64,000 nt of DNA from Mobula hypostoma (taxonomy: Eukaryota), in assembly GCF_963921235.1 (NCBI RefSeq), contig NC_086098.1:237460001-237524000 (forward strand), read 5' to 3'. Below the pieces are notes generated by a model. That model was given only the letters and a program-made list of their open reading frames with translations, was not told where the DNA came from and did not search any database. The position numbers were made by a program, and so were the translations under genes. Below, piece after piece: positions 1 to 12,574 of the stretch; positions within the stretch are counted from its first letter, which is position 1, and each line of letters opens with the position of its first letter.

Positions 1-990
1 TCTCTGTTCTGAATGGGCGCCCTTCAATCCTTTAGTCATGCCCTCTCGTACTGGACGCCCCCATCATGAGAAACAACTTTGTCACATCCACTCTGTCCAT
101 GCCTTTCAACATTCGAAATGTTTCTATGAGGTCCCCCCTCATTTTGCTAAACTCCAAGGAATACAGTCCAACAGCGGACAAACGTTCCTCATATGTTAAC
201 CCTCTCATTCCCGGAATCATTCTAATGAATCTTGTCTGTACCCTCTCCAACGTCAGCACATCCTTTCTTTAATAAGGAGACTAAAACTGCCCATAGTACT
301 CCAAGTGAGGTCTCACCAACGCCTTATAGAACGTCAACATCACATCCCTGCTCCTATACTCTATTCCTCTAGAAATGAATGCCAACATTGCATTCGCCTT
401 CTTCACCACCGACTCAACCTGCAGGTTAACCTTAAGGGTATCCTGCACGAGGACTCCCAAGTCCCGTTGCATCTCAGAACTTTGAATTCTCTCTCCATTT
501 AAGTAATAGTCTGCCCGTTTATTTCTTCTGCCAAAGTCCACAATCATATACTTTCCAACATTGCATTTCTTTTGCCAATTCTTTGCCCATTCTTCCAATC
601 TATCCAATTCTCTCCGCAGACTCTCTATTTCCTCAGCACTACTGGCGCCTCCACCCATCTTCGTATTATCAGCAAACTTAGCCACAAAGCCATCTATTCC
701 ATAATCCAAATCGCTGATGTACAACGTAAGAAGAAGCGGCCCCAACACGGACCCCCGTGGAACACCACTGGTAACCAGCAGCCAACCAGAATAGGATCCC
801 TTTATTCCGACTCTCTGTTTCCTATCAATCAGCCAACGCTCTATCGACGTATGTAACATTCCCGTAATTCCATGGACTCTTATCTTGTTATATAGCCTCA
901 CCTGTGGTACCTTATCAAAGGCCTTCTGAAAATCCAAATATACAACATCCCTTGTCTAGCCTACTTGTAATTTCCTCAAAAATTTGTAAT
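1..990 (-). mobile_element. CR1-clade LINE, ORF2 RT/C-terminal fragment, 5'-truncated, runs off the left edge
   Basis: ORF 281..937 has DFQKAFDKVP, SGVPRGSVLGPLL, FADNTK and LVRPHLEY motifs; ORF 32..259 continues it (LERVQTRFIRMIPG...GLYSLE). Confidence 0.93.
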
Positions 991-1902
991 TTCTCTCATA
1001 CTTTCTTGAAAAATTCTCAAACATAATTTGGGAAAATGATCGCTACCATAAGCATGACATCTATCCTTCACTCTTCATTCACCATTTCTGAGAACATGTT
1101 TGTCGTGAATATTCCAGAATTGTTCTGGGTGCCGTAAATCCTGGACCACAGCGTGGGATATTTACTGCTTCAAGCTAACGCAATTCGCAGTTTGTGATGA
1201 AGAACTGCCCTGTCATTATGATTGCAGAAAACACAGGAGGAAAACATCGGACTGAAAATATTATATACTAGGGGAATATGCTGGGCAGACAACAGGCTGG
1301 TGTCAGAGTCGAGCTGCAATAGGTGGGTTAGTACGGGTCCGGAATGCAATCTGGTTCTGAACGAGTCGTTTCGCCTATCCCCGCTTCTCACCAGTTCACA
1401 GACCAGCTCTTTTTCCTGTCTCTGGGTACCTAGTCTTGGATATACAATGAGCTTTCCCGAACTCGGGTCATCCCAAGAAGCCTTCATTCTTTCATTAACT
1501 GAAGGTGTAATATTCTCAGTTATTGCCCTAAGAGTTCAAAATTTGGGGAGTTCTTGGAGAAGAACAAGGAACTGGTCTCACTAGAGGGACCAATCATATG
1601 GGCACGGTGTGGGCAATGAGCAAAGAAATTGAGTACTGTTGAAGTTATCTTTTGACACAAAGCATACCGAGAGCAGAGTCGATTCAAAACTATTGTATTT
1701 AAATAAATGTTGTCACACCGTAGCCGCTCAAGACTGCGAATAATCAGGGCAACTCTTCATTCAAAAGTTTGTACCGGAGAGGTCACATGTGCCTCATACT
1801 GTGTTGCAATTCCTATGTTAGTTTCGGCTCTGGTGTTTCTATCTCTGAACAGTCCATGAAATAATACTGTTTCTATTCCCCTTCATCTCCTCTCATACAC
1901 AG

Positions 1903-2230
1903 GTAGCGATTCCCGGGAGCCCTCGGTTCTGCCACTCCCTCCCTCTCTGGAGCAGACCGGCACGGGTTCGGCCACTCTCTCCTGTCTGGTGAGTGGCTTT
2001 AAGCCGGGCTTGGTAGTGCTGCGCTGGAGCGTGGATGGAGTTGAGACAGAGAGCGGCGTGACGACAGGCGCTGTCTCCTTGGACACCGACCAGAACTACA
2101 GGCTGAGCAGTTACCTGCGGGTAACCACCGTTGCCTGGAACAAGGGCTCGAGTTTTCCTGCAGCGTGAGCCACAGCTCGCTGAGCTCGCCGCTGCGCAAC
2201 ACCATCTCTTCGTCCGCCTGTGCACAGTGA
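1903..2230 (+). pseudogene. Ig light-chain constant exon (type I/NS5/sigma-cart-like) with a 1-bp deletion
   Basis: Acceptor cacag at 1898-1902. Reads SDSREPSVLPLPPSLEQTGTGSATLSCLVSGFKPGLVVLRWSVDG...YRLSSYLRVTTVAWNKGSS, then frameshifts (agttttcctgc vs agttattcctgc in the paralogue). 328 nt vs 329 nt. Confidence 0.9.
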
Positions 2231-2519
2231 GAGTGTGCCGGCTGGCAGCACACGCGAATTGTTTGTTTTTGTTTAATGCAGTGAAGCAATGATTGGGGCT
2301 GTGCAGCAGCCCATTGCAATGTAATTGTATAGTAATGTTCGCTTATGGAAACAATCAGAATGTTCTATAATTTTAGAAAAGTTGGCAATACTCCTCCATC
2401 TTTTGCGACAGATAATTTTGTGTAGAATTATCCCCACTGTGCTGTGTCCGAACTACCGCTGTGTGTAGAATCAGGAGCGATCTCCTGTCCTGTGATTGAA
2501 CTTGTGGAAAACAACTCTT

Positions 2520-2525
2520 AATAAA
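2520..2525 (+). promoter_or_regulatory. Polyadenylation signal of light-chain copy 1
   Basis: AATAAA about 290 nt after the stop, conserved at the paralogous position (38199-38204, minus). Confidence 0.6.
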
Positions 2526-4114
2526 AGAGGAAACGGCGATAGATTTATCGTGTGTTGTCTTGACTCGGCTGCTGGCAGTACTTTGGGGGGAATGGTCGCT
2601 GATAACGTGGCGCCTAGCAGCCTCAATCAGAATTACAGTTAAATCGACACCGACATCTTCCTCCGCTTTTCTGCTCTCTGTGCCCTGAGCCTTCCTCGTC
2701 CGTCGGCACTCACACACCACCATCACTGGAACCTTATACTCCTCGTTTTCCGGCACTTCTGCTCTTCATTTACATCCATCCCTGTGGAACGGAAATCAAC
2801 ATTCTCACTGCCTTTTGGCCAAGGTCTTAGCACCATTGGGAGTGTTACAATGTAGGGATAATTCCCATGACTTGAACATTGTCTTCACCGATTCCGTTAG
2901 ATCCTGAATGAAGGCCATCCACCTCATTTCCCGTCCTGACACCAAGCGCCACCACCCGCCACACCCACACACACATACCCACACAGTAGCTTCTGTAACA
3001 TATGATTATCTTCGAAGTTCAAGATAATTTTGTTATCAAAGTATTTGTACGTCTTCATATGAGTTCATGTGTTTCATGCTCTTACAGGTATTCTTACAGT
3101 CGAAGAAGTACAATAGATGCAGTGAAAAACTACACACAAAGACTGAGAAGCACGGGATATACGTAAATGGATAGATAGAAAGACAGACAGCTAAATAAAT
3201 AAAACACACATCAATTCAATTAAACTCAATCAATCATAAAGAAATAAACAAAGGGATAAAGCGATAATGGATAAATAAAACTGAGGACATGAGTTTGAAA
3301 GTCAGTCTATAGATCATTGAATCAGTTCAGAGATGTGGTGATTAAAGTCAGCCACATTGGATCAGGGGCCTGATGGTTGAACTCTTCGTGAAACTTGTAA
3401 TGTGAGATCTAAGACTGTAAGTGCACATGGGAGAGAGTTGCTGAAGCCCGAAACATATGTAAGATGACAGCAGAGACCCGTTTAATTATGTTAAAATTAT
3501 ATCTTGCTTGACCAATAGCGTGGACTTTATGGAGGGTATGACTAATAAGAAGACTGTTAGCTCCTTGCACACACAGCGAATTCAGTAGCATTTCACACAT
3601 GTTATTTACGGTTGCCTGATCTGCTGATGTCTTCAAGACTTTGGTGTAGAAATCTGACTTCGTCATTAATGAGCTTTTTAATTTTGGTTGGGTGGTGTCA
3701 TCCTGTGCCTGGACTTCCACTGACCATTACTGAGCATACTAATCACTCCATTTATGGAATATGCAGAGCAACTTGAGCGACATGAGAGAAAATAAATCCT
3801 GTCCATATGATAGAAATCCAATGAACAATGGAGCAAATGTCAGCAACTCTTGGTTTATGGAACAATTAACGTCTTTAACGTTTTAAAACTTCTTTGAAAA
3901 TACGGGGACAGTCAAGCGCATTACAAAAGTCTAAAACAGAAAAAAAACAGTAAACTTAAAGAGAATACATTAACTTTTAAAAAGATTAGCTTTGTTTGTC
4001 ATACGTAGAAAGAAACATTCAGTGCCGTTTGCGTCCAATCAAATCAATAAGGATTGTGCTGGTCACAGACTTGAAGTGTCACCACGCTTCCGGCGACAAC
4101 GATTATTTATTTGG

Positions 4115-4240
4115 TATTGATGTATTTACCTATCTATCTGTGTTTATATCTATCTATCTATCAGGTTGTCTATCTGCGTATCTGCAGTATCTAATAATCT
4201 ATTTATTTATTTGTTTGTTTGTTTATTTATTTATTTATTA
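4115..4240. repeat. Degenerate (TCTA)n/(TTTA)n simple repeat
   Basis: Visible directly; counterpart at about 35260-35345. Confidence 0.85.
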
Positions 4241-4822
4241 ATCATAGATGCAGTGTGTAACAGGCCCATGTGGCCCAACGAGCCGCCCAGCAACCCACCG
4301 ATTTCACCCAAGCGCAATCACAGGACAATTTATAATCACCAACTACCTACTGACCAGTATTTCTTTTGACTGTGGAAGGAAACTATAGAACCTAGAGGAT
4401 GATGCACCGTAAACTCTATAACTGTCATGTGGGTATTGCAGATAACTGGAAAATTTCATGAAAATTGTCATAACCTTTATTGAAAAGCGCCTGAAGTACA
4501 CATGCAGCGAGGATTGATTTCACATTTGCAATACATATTTAAATACTATGGTTTACTGAATTATAATTAATAGTAGGTACAAAATCTTGAGACTGCCCAG
4601 TAGAAAGGTGATCACTAATAATGTGGTGGCGATAGGAGATAACTATATACACCGGGATGTAGTCTGTAAACCAGATTCAACAACGAAAAAATGGTGTGGT
4701 TCGTTTTTCTACAGCGCCTATTATTCCGTCTTTGACCCCCAACCATCTGCAGGAAGTACCATAGAACTGGGACAAGGACTGTTCGGATGAGGAAAGACTT
4801 TTTTCCCCCAGGACGTGAGATT

Positions 4823-5231
4823 AGATAGATAGATTGATAGATAGATAGATATACTTTATTGATCCCGAGGGACATTGGGTTTCGTTACAGCCGCACCAAC
4901 CAAGAGTAGAGCATAAATATAGCAATACAAAAACTACAAACAAACAACAAAATGCAAACTATGCCAGATGGAAAATAAGTCCCAGGACCAGCATATTGGC
5001 TCAGGGTGTCTGACCCTCCACGGGAGGAGCTGCAAACTCGATGGCCACAGGCAGGAACGACCTCCCGTGCCGCCCAGTGTGGAATCTCGGTGGAATATGG
5101 CCGAAGTCCAACAGCAAAAAGTTCAATATCCGGTCTACAAACACGTTCCTCGATCGTAATATGACCCGGATTGCACCATCTGTTGTCAACCAGAACAGTA
5201 AGCACCCAACTCCTCTACGCTTACCGCTCTC
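4823..5231 (-). mobile_element. Internally deleted Rex1/Babar-type LINE with (TCTA)n tail and AGATT target-site duplication
   Basis: Endonuclease motif VCRPDIELFAVGLRPY is fused to the C-terminal motif GRSFLPVAI. AGATT at 4818-4822 and 5232-5236. Empty site in the paralogous arm near 34150. Confidence 0.75.
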
Positions 5232-5775
5232 AGATTGCTGAACTCCCTGCGACCACCCAGGTCTCATCATTTCGATAGTGTTATACCCCTTACTTTCCGA
5301 CGTGTTATAAGTGCACTCCATGCTACAGTTAATCTTCTGTAATGTATTTTATTCTGTGTTAATTTATTTGTGGTACTATTATTTTCTGTGTTGTTTGTGA
5401 ATTATATGAACCTTTTTGTGTAGTTTCGTTCGGAGGATCTTTGGTTCGTCTGGTTGAATGACAATGTAGGGTGATAATGTGGAGTAATCAAACTTCAAGA
5501 TAGCCTCAGATGGCGCCGATAAATGGCGTCTGTTTGCGTGCACCTCCGGTGGGAATAGTCAAAAATTCCAATTTAGTACAACTGCAGCTGAAATCCATAG
5601 TCATGGGTGCGTCACCAAACCAAATCGGCGCACTCCTTTGCCGCTGCTTGAAGCTCCGAGTGTTTCCAGTATTCTCGATTTCTCTTGATGGTTCAATTTG
5701 CTTGCAAAATCCACATCAATAATAATATAGATCCGGGCATCCGGTGGGTGCAGGTGTACCAGACGTGGGGATGTA

Positions 5776-7470
5776 CATAAGACATATGAGCAGAAATAGG
5801 CCATTCGGCCCATCGAGTCTGCTCTGTCGTTTTATCATGGCTGATCCCGGATCCCACTCAACTCCGTAAACCTGCCTTCTCGCCATATCCTTTGGTGCCC
5901 TGACGGATCAGGAAGCTATCAAGTTCCACCTTAAATATTCCCATGGACCTGACCTCCACAGCAGTCTGTGCCAGAAGATTCCACAGATTTATTACTCTTT
6001 GGCTAAAAAGAATTCCTCCTTACTTCTTTTCCAAAGGAGCGCCGTTTTTGATACTGTGCCCTCTAACTCTGCAAATCCCTAACATAGGAAACATCCTCTC
6101 CACACCCATCCTATCTATTCCTTTCAAAATTCGGTTGGTTTCAATGAGAGCTCCCGCATTCTTCTAAATTCCGGTGAGTACTGGCCCAAAGCTACCAAAC
6201 GCTCCTCATATGTTCATCCCTTCATTCTCGGAATCATCCAGGCGAACCTCTTCTGGACTCTCTCTAATGACAGCATGTTCTTTCTGAGATATTGGGCCCG
6301 AAACTCTTGACAACACTCCAATTGCGGCATGACTAGTGACTTTTCAAGGTTCAGCATCATCTCCTTCTTTTTATATTCCATTCCCCTTGAAATAAGTGCC
6401 AAAATTGCAATTGCTTTCTCTACCACAGACCCAGCCTGTAAATGAACCTTCTCGGAGTCTTTCAGGGGGATTCCGAAGTATCTTTGCGTCTCTGATGTTT
6501 GAACCCTCTCCCCATTTAGATAACAGTCCGCACCACTGTATATTTTTACCAAACTGCACAATCATATATTTCTCAACACTGCATTCAACCTGCCACTTTT
6601 TGCCCATTCTTTCAATTTGTGTAAGTCCTGCTGCAATTATTGCTTCCTCAGCACTACGTATCCTCCACCTATCTTCATATCATCTGCAGACTTTGCCACA
6701 AAGCCACTAATTCCATTATCTAAATCACTGACAATCAATATGAAAAGTAGCGGTCCTAGTACTGACCTCTGGCACTCATAGTCACCGGCAGCCAATCAGA
6801 AAAGGCTCTTTTTACTCCCACTCGCGGCCTCCTGCCTGTCAGCCACTCCGTTATCCACGCCCGTACCTTTCCTGTAGAATTTCATCTTGCTAAAAAGCTT
6901 CGTGTGTGGCATCTTATCAAACGCCTTCTTATAATCCAAGTTAATGACTTCCACTGCCTCTCTTTTGTCCACACTGCGTGTTACTTTCTCCAAGAACTAA
7001 CAGACTATTGTAAGATTTCTCTTTGCAGAAACCATGCTGTTTTTGACTTATTTTATCATTAGTCTCCAAGAACCCCGACACCTCATCCTCATTAATATAC
7101 TCCAACCGTGTCCAACCACTGAAGTTAGGGCTAACGAGCATGCAATTTCCTTTCTTAAAGTGCATTTTCAATTTCCTAGCCCTCCGAGACCATGCCAGAA
7201 TGAAGTGATTCTTGAAAGATCATGACGAATGCATCTGTTAACCCTTCCGTAACCTCTCTCTTAAGATCTTTCAGTTGTCTAGCACTTTTTCATTTGTAAT
7301 TGCAATGACACACTCCTGCTCCATACCACCCACAGACCTCTGGCATACTGCCAGTCTCATCAACAGTGAAGACAAATGCAAAATACCAATTAAGATCATC
7401 TGCTATTCCTTTGACCCCATTACTACATAACCAGAATCATTTTCCAGTTATACAATAGCAATTCTAACCT
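5776..7470 (-). mobile_element. Degenerate CR1 LINE, RT to 3' end
   Basis: ORF fragments LDYKKAFDKMPH, LVMPQLECCQEF, LERVQKRF; 3' tail (plus strand acataagacatatgagcagaaataggccattcggccc). Confidence 0.88.
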
Positions 7471-7475
7471 CGCTT

Positions 7476-7800
7476 TTACTCTTTATGAAACTGCTGACTA
7501 TTCCTAATCATATTATGCCTCTCCAAATGTTCATAAATCCTGCCTCTCAGGCTCTTCTCCATCAACTTACCGACCACTGAAGTAGGACTCACTGCTCTAT
7601 AATCCCCTGGACCATCTCTAGTCCGTTGCTTGAATAATGGAACAACATCCGCAACCCTCCAATCCTCTGGAACATCTCCCGTCCCCATTGACGATGCAAA
7701 CATCCCCGTCAGAGGCTCAGCAACCTCGTCACTCACCTCCTACATTAGTCTGGGGTACATCACGCCCGGTCCCGGTGTCTTATCCAAATTGATGCTTTTC
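7476..7800 (-). mobile_element. Separate CR1 ORF2 fragment
   Basis: VPEDWRVADVVPLFK...PGDYRAVSPTSVVGKLMEK. Confidence 0.85.
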
Positions 7801-8439
7801 AATAGCTCTTGCACATCCTCTTTCTTAATATCCACATGCTCAAGCTTTTCAGTGCGTGTGACCATCTTGACCAGATGTAACGAGTTAGACTGAAAGACCT
7901 GATTCCGTGCTGTGGTATTCTGTGATTCTATGACTCCGCTTATTCGATGCCTGTTTAATCGTTCACAGTCATTTTGAATATTACCTTTGCGAGGAGGTTT
8001 GGGCTTGATGATAATTTTTTTGCATCCATTCTGAAAATGTGGGCAAAGATGCGATGAGATGGTCTTGCATTTCCATAGCGCCTTTCATGCTCTGGATGCT
8101 GCCCAGAGACTTTTCTTTCCTAATGCGATCATAAACCTAATTCTGATTCTGATGCATAAGTGATGTGTTGCACGTAAACACGACGGTGATCAATATTCTC
8201 GTCAGCAGGTTTGTTGGAGGTGTTGGGAGGGTTTAAACGATTTTATCCGGCGGAGGGGTTGAGAGAGGAGGGGGAGGTGGGAATCAAAGTGAAGGGAGCC
8301 ACAACTGTGTAAAAGCAAAGATAGCGCGCGGTCAGCCTGCAGGAAGGTCAGGCAGATGATATGACAAAATTACAAACGGCAGGTTGAGTATCAGTGCAAT
8401 AGAGATTCAGAAGCAAACGGGATTACAAATATAGACAAC

Positions 8440-11400
8440 AAAGTGCTACATTTCAATGCACCGAGTTTAAGAAATAAGGAATTGGAGGGAAAAGGATGGT
8501 AGGAGCAAGGGATGGCAGTAGTCAGCGAGAATTGGAGGAGAAAATCTGCAGAGAGATCGCAGGGAACTGCAGGAAATATAAAGTTGTGATAGTAGGGGAT
8601 TTTAATTTTCCACATATTTATTGGGACTCCCATACTGTTAAACGTCTAGACGGATTAGGGTTTGTAAAATGTGCTCAGGAAAGTTTTGTAAATCAATATG
8701 TAAAGGTACCAACTAGAGAGGATGCAATATAAGGTCTCCTATTAGGAAAAGAGTTAGGACAGGTGACGGAAATGCGTGTAGGGGAACACTTTGGTTCCAG
8801 TGATCATAACACCATTAGTTTCAACTTGATCATGAATGTAGATATTTCTGGTCCTCGGGTTATCTTTCTGAACTGGAAAAAGGCCAAATTTGAAGAAATG
8901 AGAAAGGATCTGAAAAAGCGTGGATTGGGACAGGTTGTTCTCTGGCAAGGATGTGATTGGTAAGTTGGAGGCCTTGAAAGGAGAAATTGTGAGAGTGCAG
9001 AGTTTGTATGTTCCCGTCAGGATTAAAGGCAAAGTGAATAAGAATAAGGACCCTTGGTCTCAGGGGATATTGGAACTCTGATAAAGAAGAAGATAAAGAT
9101 GTATGAAAGGTATAAGAAACAGGAAGCAAATAAGGAGCTTGAGGAGAATAAAAAGTGCAAAAAATACTTAAGAAAGAAATCAGGGGGGCTATAAGAACAC
9201 ATGAAGTTGCTTTGGCAGTCAAGGTGTAGGATAATCCAAAGAGCTTCTACAGGTATATTAAGAGCAAAAGGATAGTATGGGATAAAACAGTCCTCTTGAA
9301 GATCAGAGTGGTCGGCTATGTATAGAACCAAAAGAAATGGGAGAGATCTCAAATGGCGGGAGGAGAAGTTGGCAGCACGACGCAGCGCGCGCAGCTCTCC
9401 GGTGAAATGATATTGTTTCTGTTAAATAGGGGCCGTGGACAATTCTGATTTGATGAAGACAGACGTGAGAAGCAGAGGAACATCTGGAGAAATGTCTGAA
9501 ATGCCTGGTTCGCAGCTGTTGTTACCGTGCGATCGAGAATCTTCCGGAGAGAAGCCCCCAAAATCCCGGCTTTGCCTGCTTGCTGGCGACCTAGGTTGAG
9601 GTCGCAGCGTTAGGATAGAGATGGCGCTCGATACTCGGTGTCGGAAGGTTGATCAAAGCTCAAAGTTTTCGGACGACTTAGAGTCGATCTGTGGTCCGGC
9701 ATGGCAGAGAGAGTTTTCTTCCTTCTCCCGTCTGCGTGATATGTGGGGCTTTCGGGAAACTTTGAACTTTTTTACTGTACCATGGACTGTTCTTCATCAA
9801 ATTATGTTATTGTGGCACTGTTGTAACTATATGTTATAATTGTGTGGTTTTGTTAGTTTTTCAGTCTTGGTCTGTCCTGTATTTTTGGGATATCACACCG
9901 GAGGAATATAGTATCAGTTCTTAATGCATGCATTACTAAATGACAATAAAAGAGGACTATGTGCCTTCATAATCTAAATGTTTTTTTTTTGCGTCTATAT
10001 TTGCTAAGGAAACTGGCATGGAGTCAATGGAAATAAGGCAAGCAAGTAGTGAGGTCATGGAACCTATACAGATTGAAGAGGAGGAGGTGCTTGCTATCTT
10101 GAGGCAATTTAGAGTAGCTAAATCCCCAGGGCCTGACAGGGTATCCCCTCGGACCTTGACGAAGAGTAGTTTTGAAATTGCAGGGGCCCTGGCAGATATA
10201 TTTAAAATGTCGGTATCTACGGCTGAGGTGCCGGAGCAAGAGAGTATAGCTCATGCTGTTCCGTTGTTTAAAAAAATACTCTAAAAGTAATCCGGGAAAT
10301 TATAGGTCAATCAGTTTGACGTCGGTAGTAGGTAAATTATTTAAGGAGTACTAAAAGATACGATCTACAAGTGCAGTATTTGGATATAAAGGGATTTATT
10401 AGGAAGAGTAAACATGGCTTTGCGCGTGGTAGGTCTGATTTTACAAATCTATTAGATTTTTTCTAGGAGGGTACCAGGAAAGCGGATGAAGGGAAGGCAG
10501 TGGATATTGTCTACATGGACTTCAGTAAGGCCTCTGACAAGATCCCGCATGGGAGGTTATTTAGGAAGATTCAGTCGCTAGGTCTCCATGGATAGGTAGT
10601 GAATTGGATTAGACATTGGCTCAATGGAAGAAGCCAGAGAATGGTAGTGGAGGATTGCTTCTCTGAGTGAAGGCCTGCGACTAGTGGTGTGCCACAGGGA
10701 TTAGTGCTGGGTCCATTGTTATTTGTCATTTATATCGATGATCTGGATAATAATGTGGTAAGTTGGATCAGCAAATGTGCTGACGATAAAAATATTGGAG
10801 GTGTCGTGGACAGTGAAGAAGGTTTACAAAGCTTGGAGAGGGATGTGGTAAGCTGGAGAAATGGGCTGAAAAATGGCACATGGAGTTCAATACAGACAAG
10901 CGTGAGGTATTGCACTTTGGAAGGACAAATCGAGGTAGAACATATTAGGAAAATGGTTTGGGCATTGAGGAGTGCAATAGGACCGAGGGATTTGGGAATA
11001 CAGACACAAAATTCCCTGAAAGTGGCGTCACAGGTAAATAGGGTTGGAAAGATAGCTTTTGGTACATTGGCCTTTATAAAACAATGTATTGAGTATAAGG
11101 GTTGGAATGCTTTGGCGAGGGCGTATAAGACACTGGTAAGGCCGAATCTGGAGTATTGTGTGCAGTTTTGGTCACCAAGTTACAGGAAGGATATTAATAA
11201 GTTTGAAAGAGTGCAGAGAAGGTTTACAAGGATATTACCGGGACTTGAGAAACTGAGTTACAGAGAAAGGTTGAATAGGTTAGGACTTTATTCCCTGGAG
11301 CGTAGAAGACTGAGGGGGGATTCAATGGAGGTATATAAAATTATGCTGGGTATAGACATAATGAATGCAAACAGGTTTATTCCACTGCGGCTAGGGGGGA

Positions 11401-11700
11401 AAGAAAAACAGAGAACATGGGTTAAAGGTGAAGGCGGAAAAGTTTAAAGGGGACATGGGGGGGGGAGCTTCTTCATATGGAGAGTGGTGGGAGTGTAGAA
11501 TGAGCTGCCATATGAAGTGGTAAATGCGGGCTCACTTTTAGCACTTAAGAAAAACTTGGACAGTTACATGGATGAGAGTTGTATGGAAGGACATGGTCCA
11601 GGTGCAGGTCAGTGGGACTATACAAAAAAATGGTTCGGCACGGCCAAGAAGGGTCAAAAGGTCTGTTTCCGTGCTGTAGTGTTCTTTGGTTCTATGGTTC
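8440..11700 (+). mobile_element. Degenerate CR1 LINE ORF2 (endonuclease to 3' end), interrupted at 9356-9975
   Basis: IVGDFNFPHIYW, GSSDHNTISF, KSPGPDRVSPR, PQGLVLGPLLF, ADDK, RPNLEYCVQFWSP in successive frameshifted ORFs. Confidence 0.92.
9356..9975 (+). mobile_element. About 620-bp non-coding retroposon nested in CR1
   Basis: AAATG flanks both ends (9351-9355, 9976-9980); CR1 resumes directly after; GC-rich 5' start and an AATAAA...taatct-type 3' end. Confidence 0.7.
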
Positions 11701-11739
11701 CGCTGGTGTAAGAAACTGGGATCAAAACAGTAGAAAGAT

Positions 11740-12200
11740 TTGACATATGATCGAAAGATGTAATACCCTTGTGGGTTGTGTTAAGAAACTGCAAGGGTAA
11801 AATGTCCCTGATAGCAATTATATACAGGCCCCATAATAGTAGCTGGGATGAGGACCATAGATTACTACAGGAAATGGAAAACGCGTATCAAAAAGGCAAA
11901 GTAATGATAGTCATGGGAGATTTCAACATGCAGGTCTATTAGGAAAATCACGTTGGAAATGGATGTCAGGAAAGTGAGGTTGTGAATGCTTACGAGATGG
12001 TTTTTTAGAGCAGTTTGTCGGTGAACATACTAGGTGTTCAGCTATACTGAATTGGAGATGAACCGGACATGATTAGCGAGCCTAAGGTAAAAGAAACCTT
12101 AGGAGTCAGTTACCACAATAGGATTGAGTTCAACTTGAAGTTTAATAGGGAGAAATTAAAATATGACATAGCAGTATTTCAGTGGAGTGAAGGAAATTTA
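11740..12200 (+). mobile_element. CR1 endonuclease-domain fragment
   Basis: gtaatgatagtcatgggagatttcaac (IVMGDFN); homologous to 44280-44700. Confidence 0.75.
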
Positions 12201-12574
12201 ATAAATGAGCTTTCATTGTACTGCAGTTGAGTGAAGGTGGACTTCTGCTATTCTATCTCTCCTCGTTGAATGAAACCCATATCGCAGGAATGGAAGAGTA
12301 TATTGTGCCTGATGGGTGGGTTTTCTTCAGTAGGACGAGAGAGCTGGGCGGACAGCATAGTTCTGCCAACGGAGGCTGAGCGTACGGGCAAACATTTGCG
12401 ACCAGCGTGCTCAGTAAAAGGTGACCAGCCCGAAATACAGTCATGAGAGAGCCCGACAATGCCAGAGTGCTTCCGGCAGACGCTCCGATTCGCGTCAGCA
12501 CGGTTATTTTGAAATAAGAAGAGCGATGACTTCATTTTGGAAACGCCGCGAAACTCTATATTTTCTTGTCCCTC

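Larger units (their letters stand above)
991..5870 (+). repeat. Arm 1 of an inverted segmental duplication of the Ig light-chain C unit (partner about 33460-39745)
   Basis: Colinear reverse-complement matches by eye: 1000-2990 vs 39740-37740; 3350-4110 vs 37345-36600; 4390-4830 vs 34560-34150; 5490-5870 vs 33840-33460. Confidence 0.92.

Noticed and set aside
1170-1584. ORFs of 105-120 aa in the light-chain J-C intron, and similar ones at 39221-39544
   Set aside because: Reading frames are not conserved between the two paralogous introns; no domain signature.
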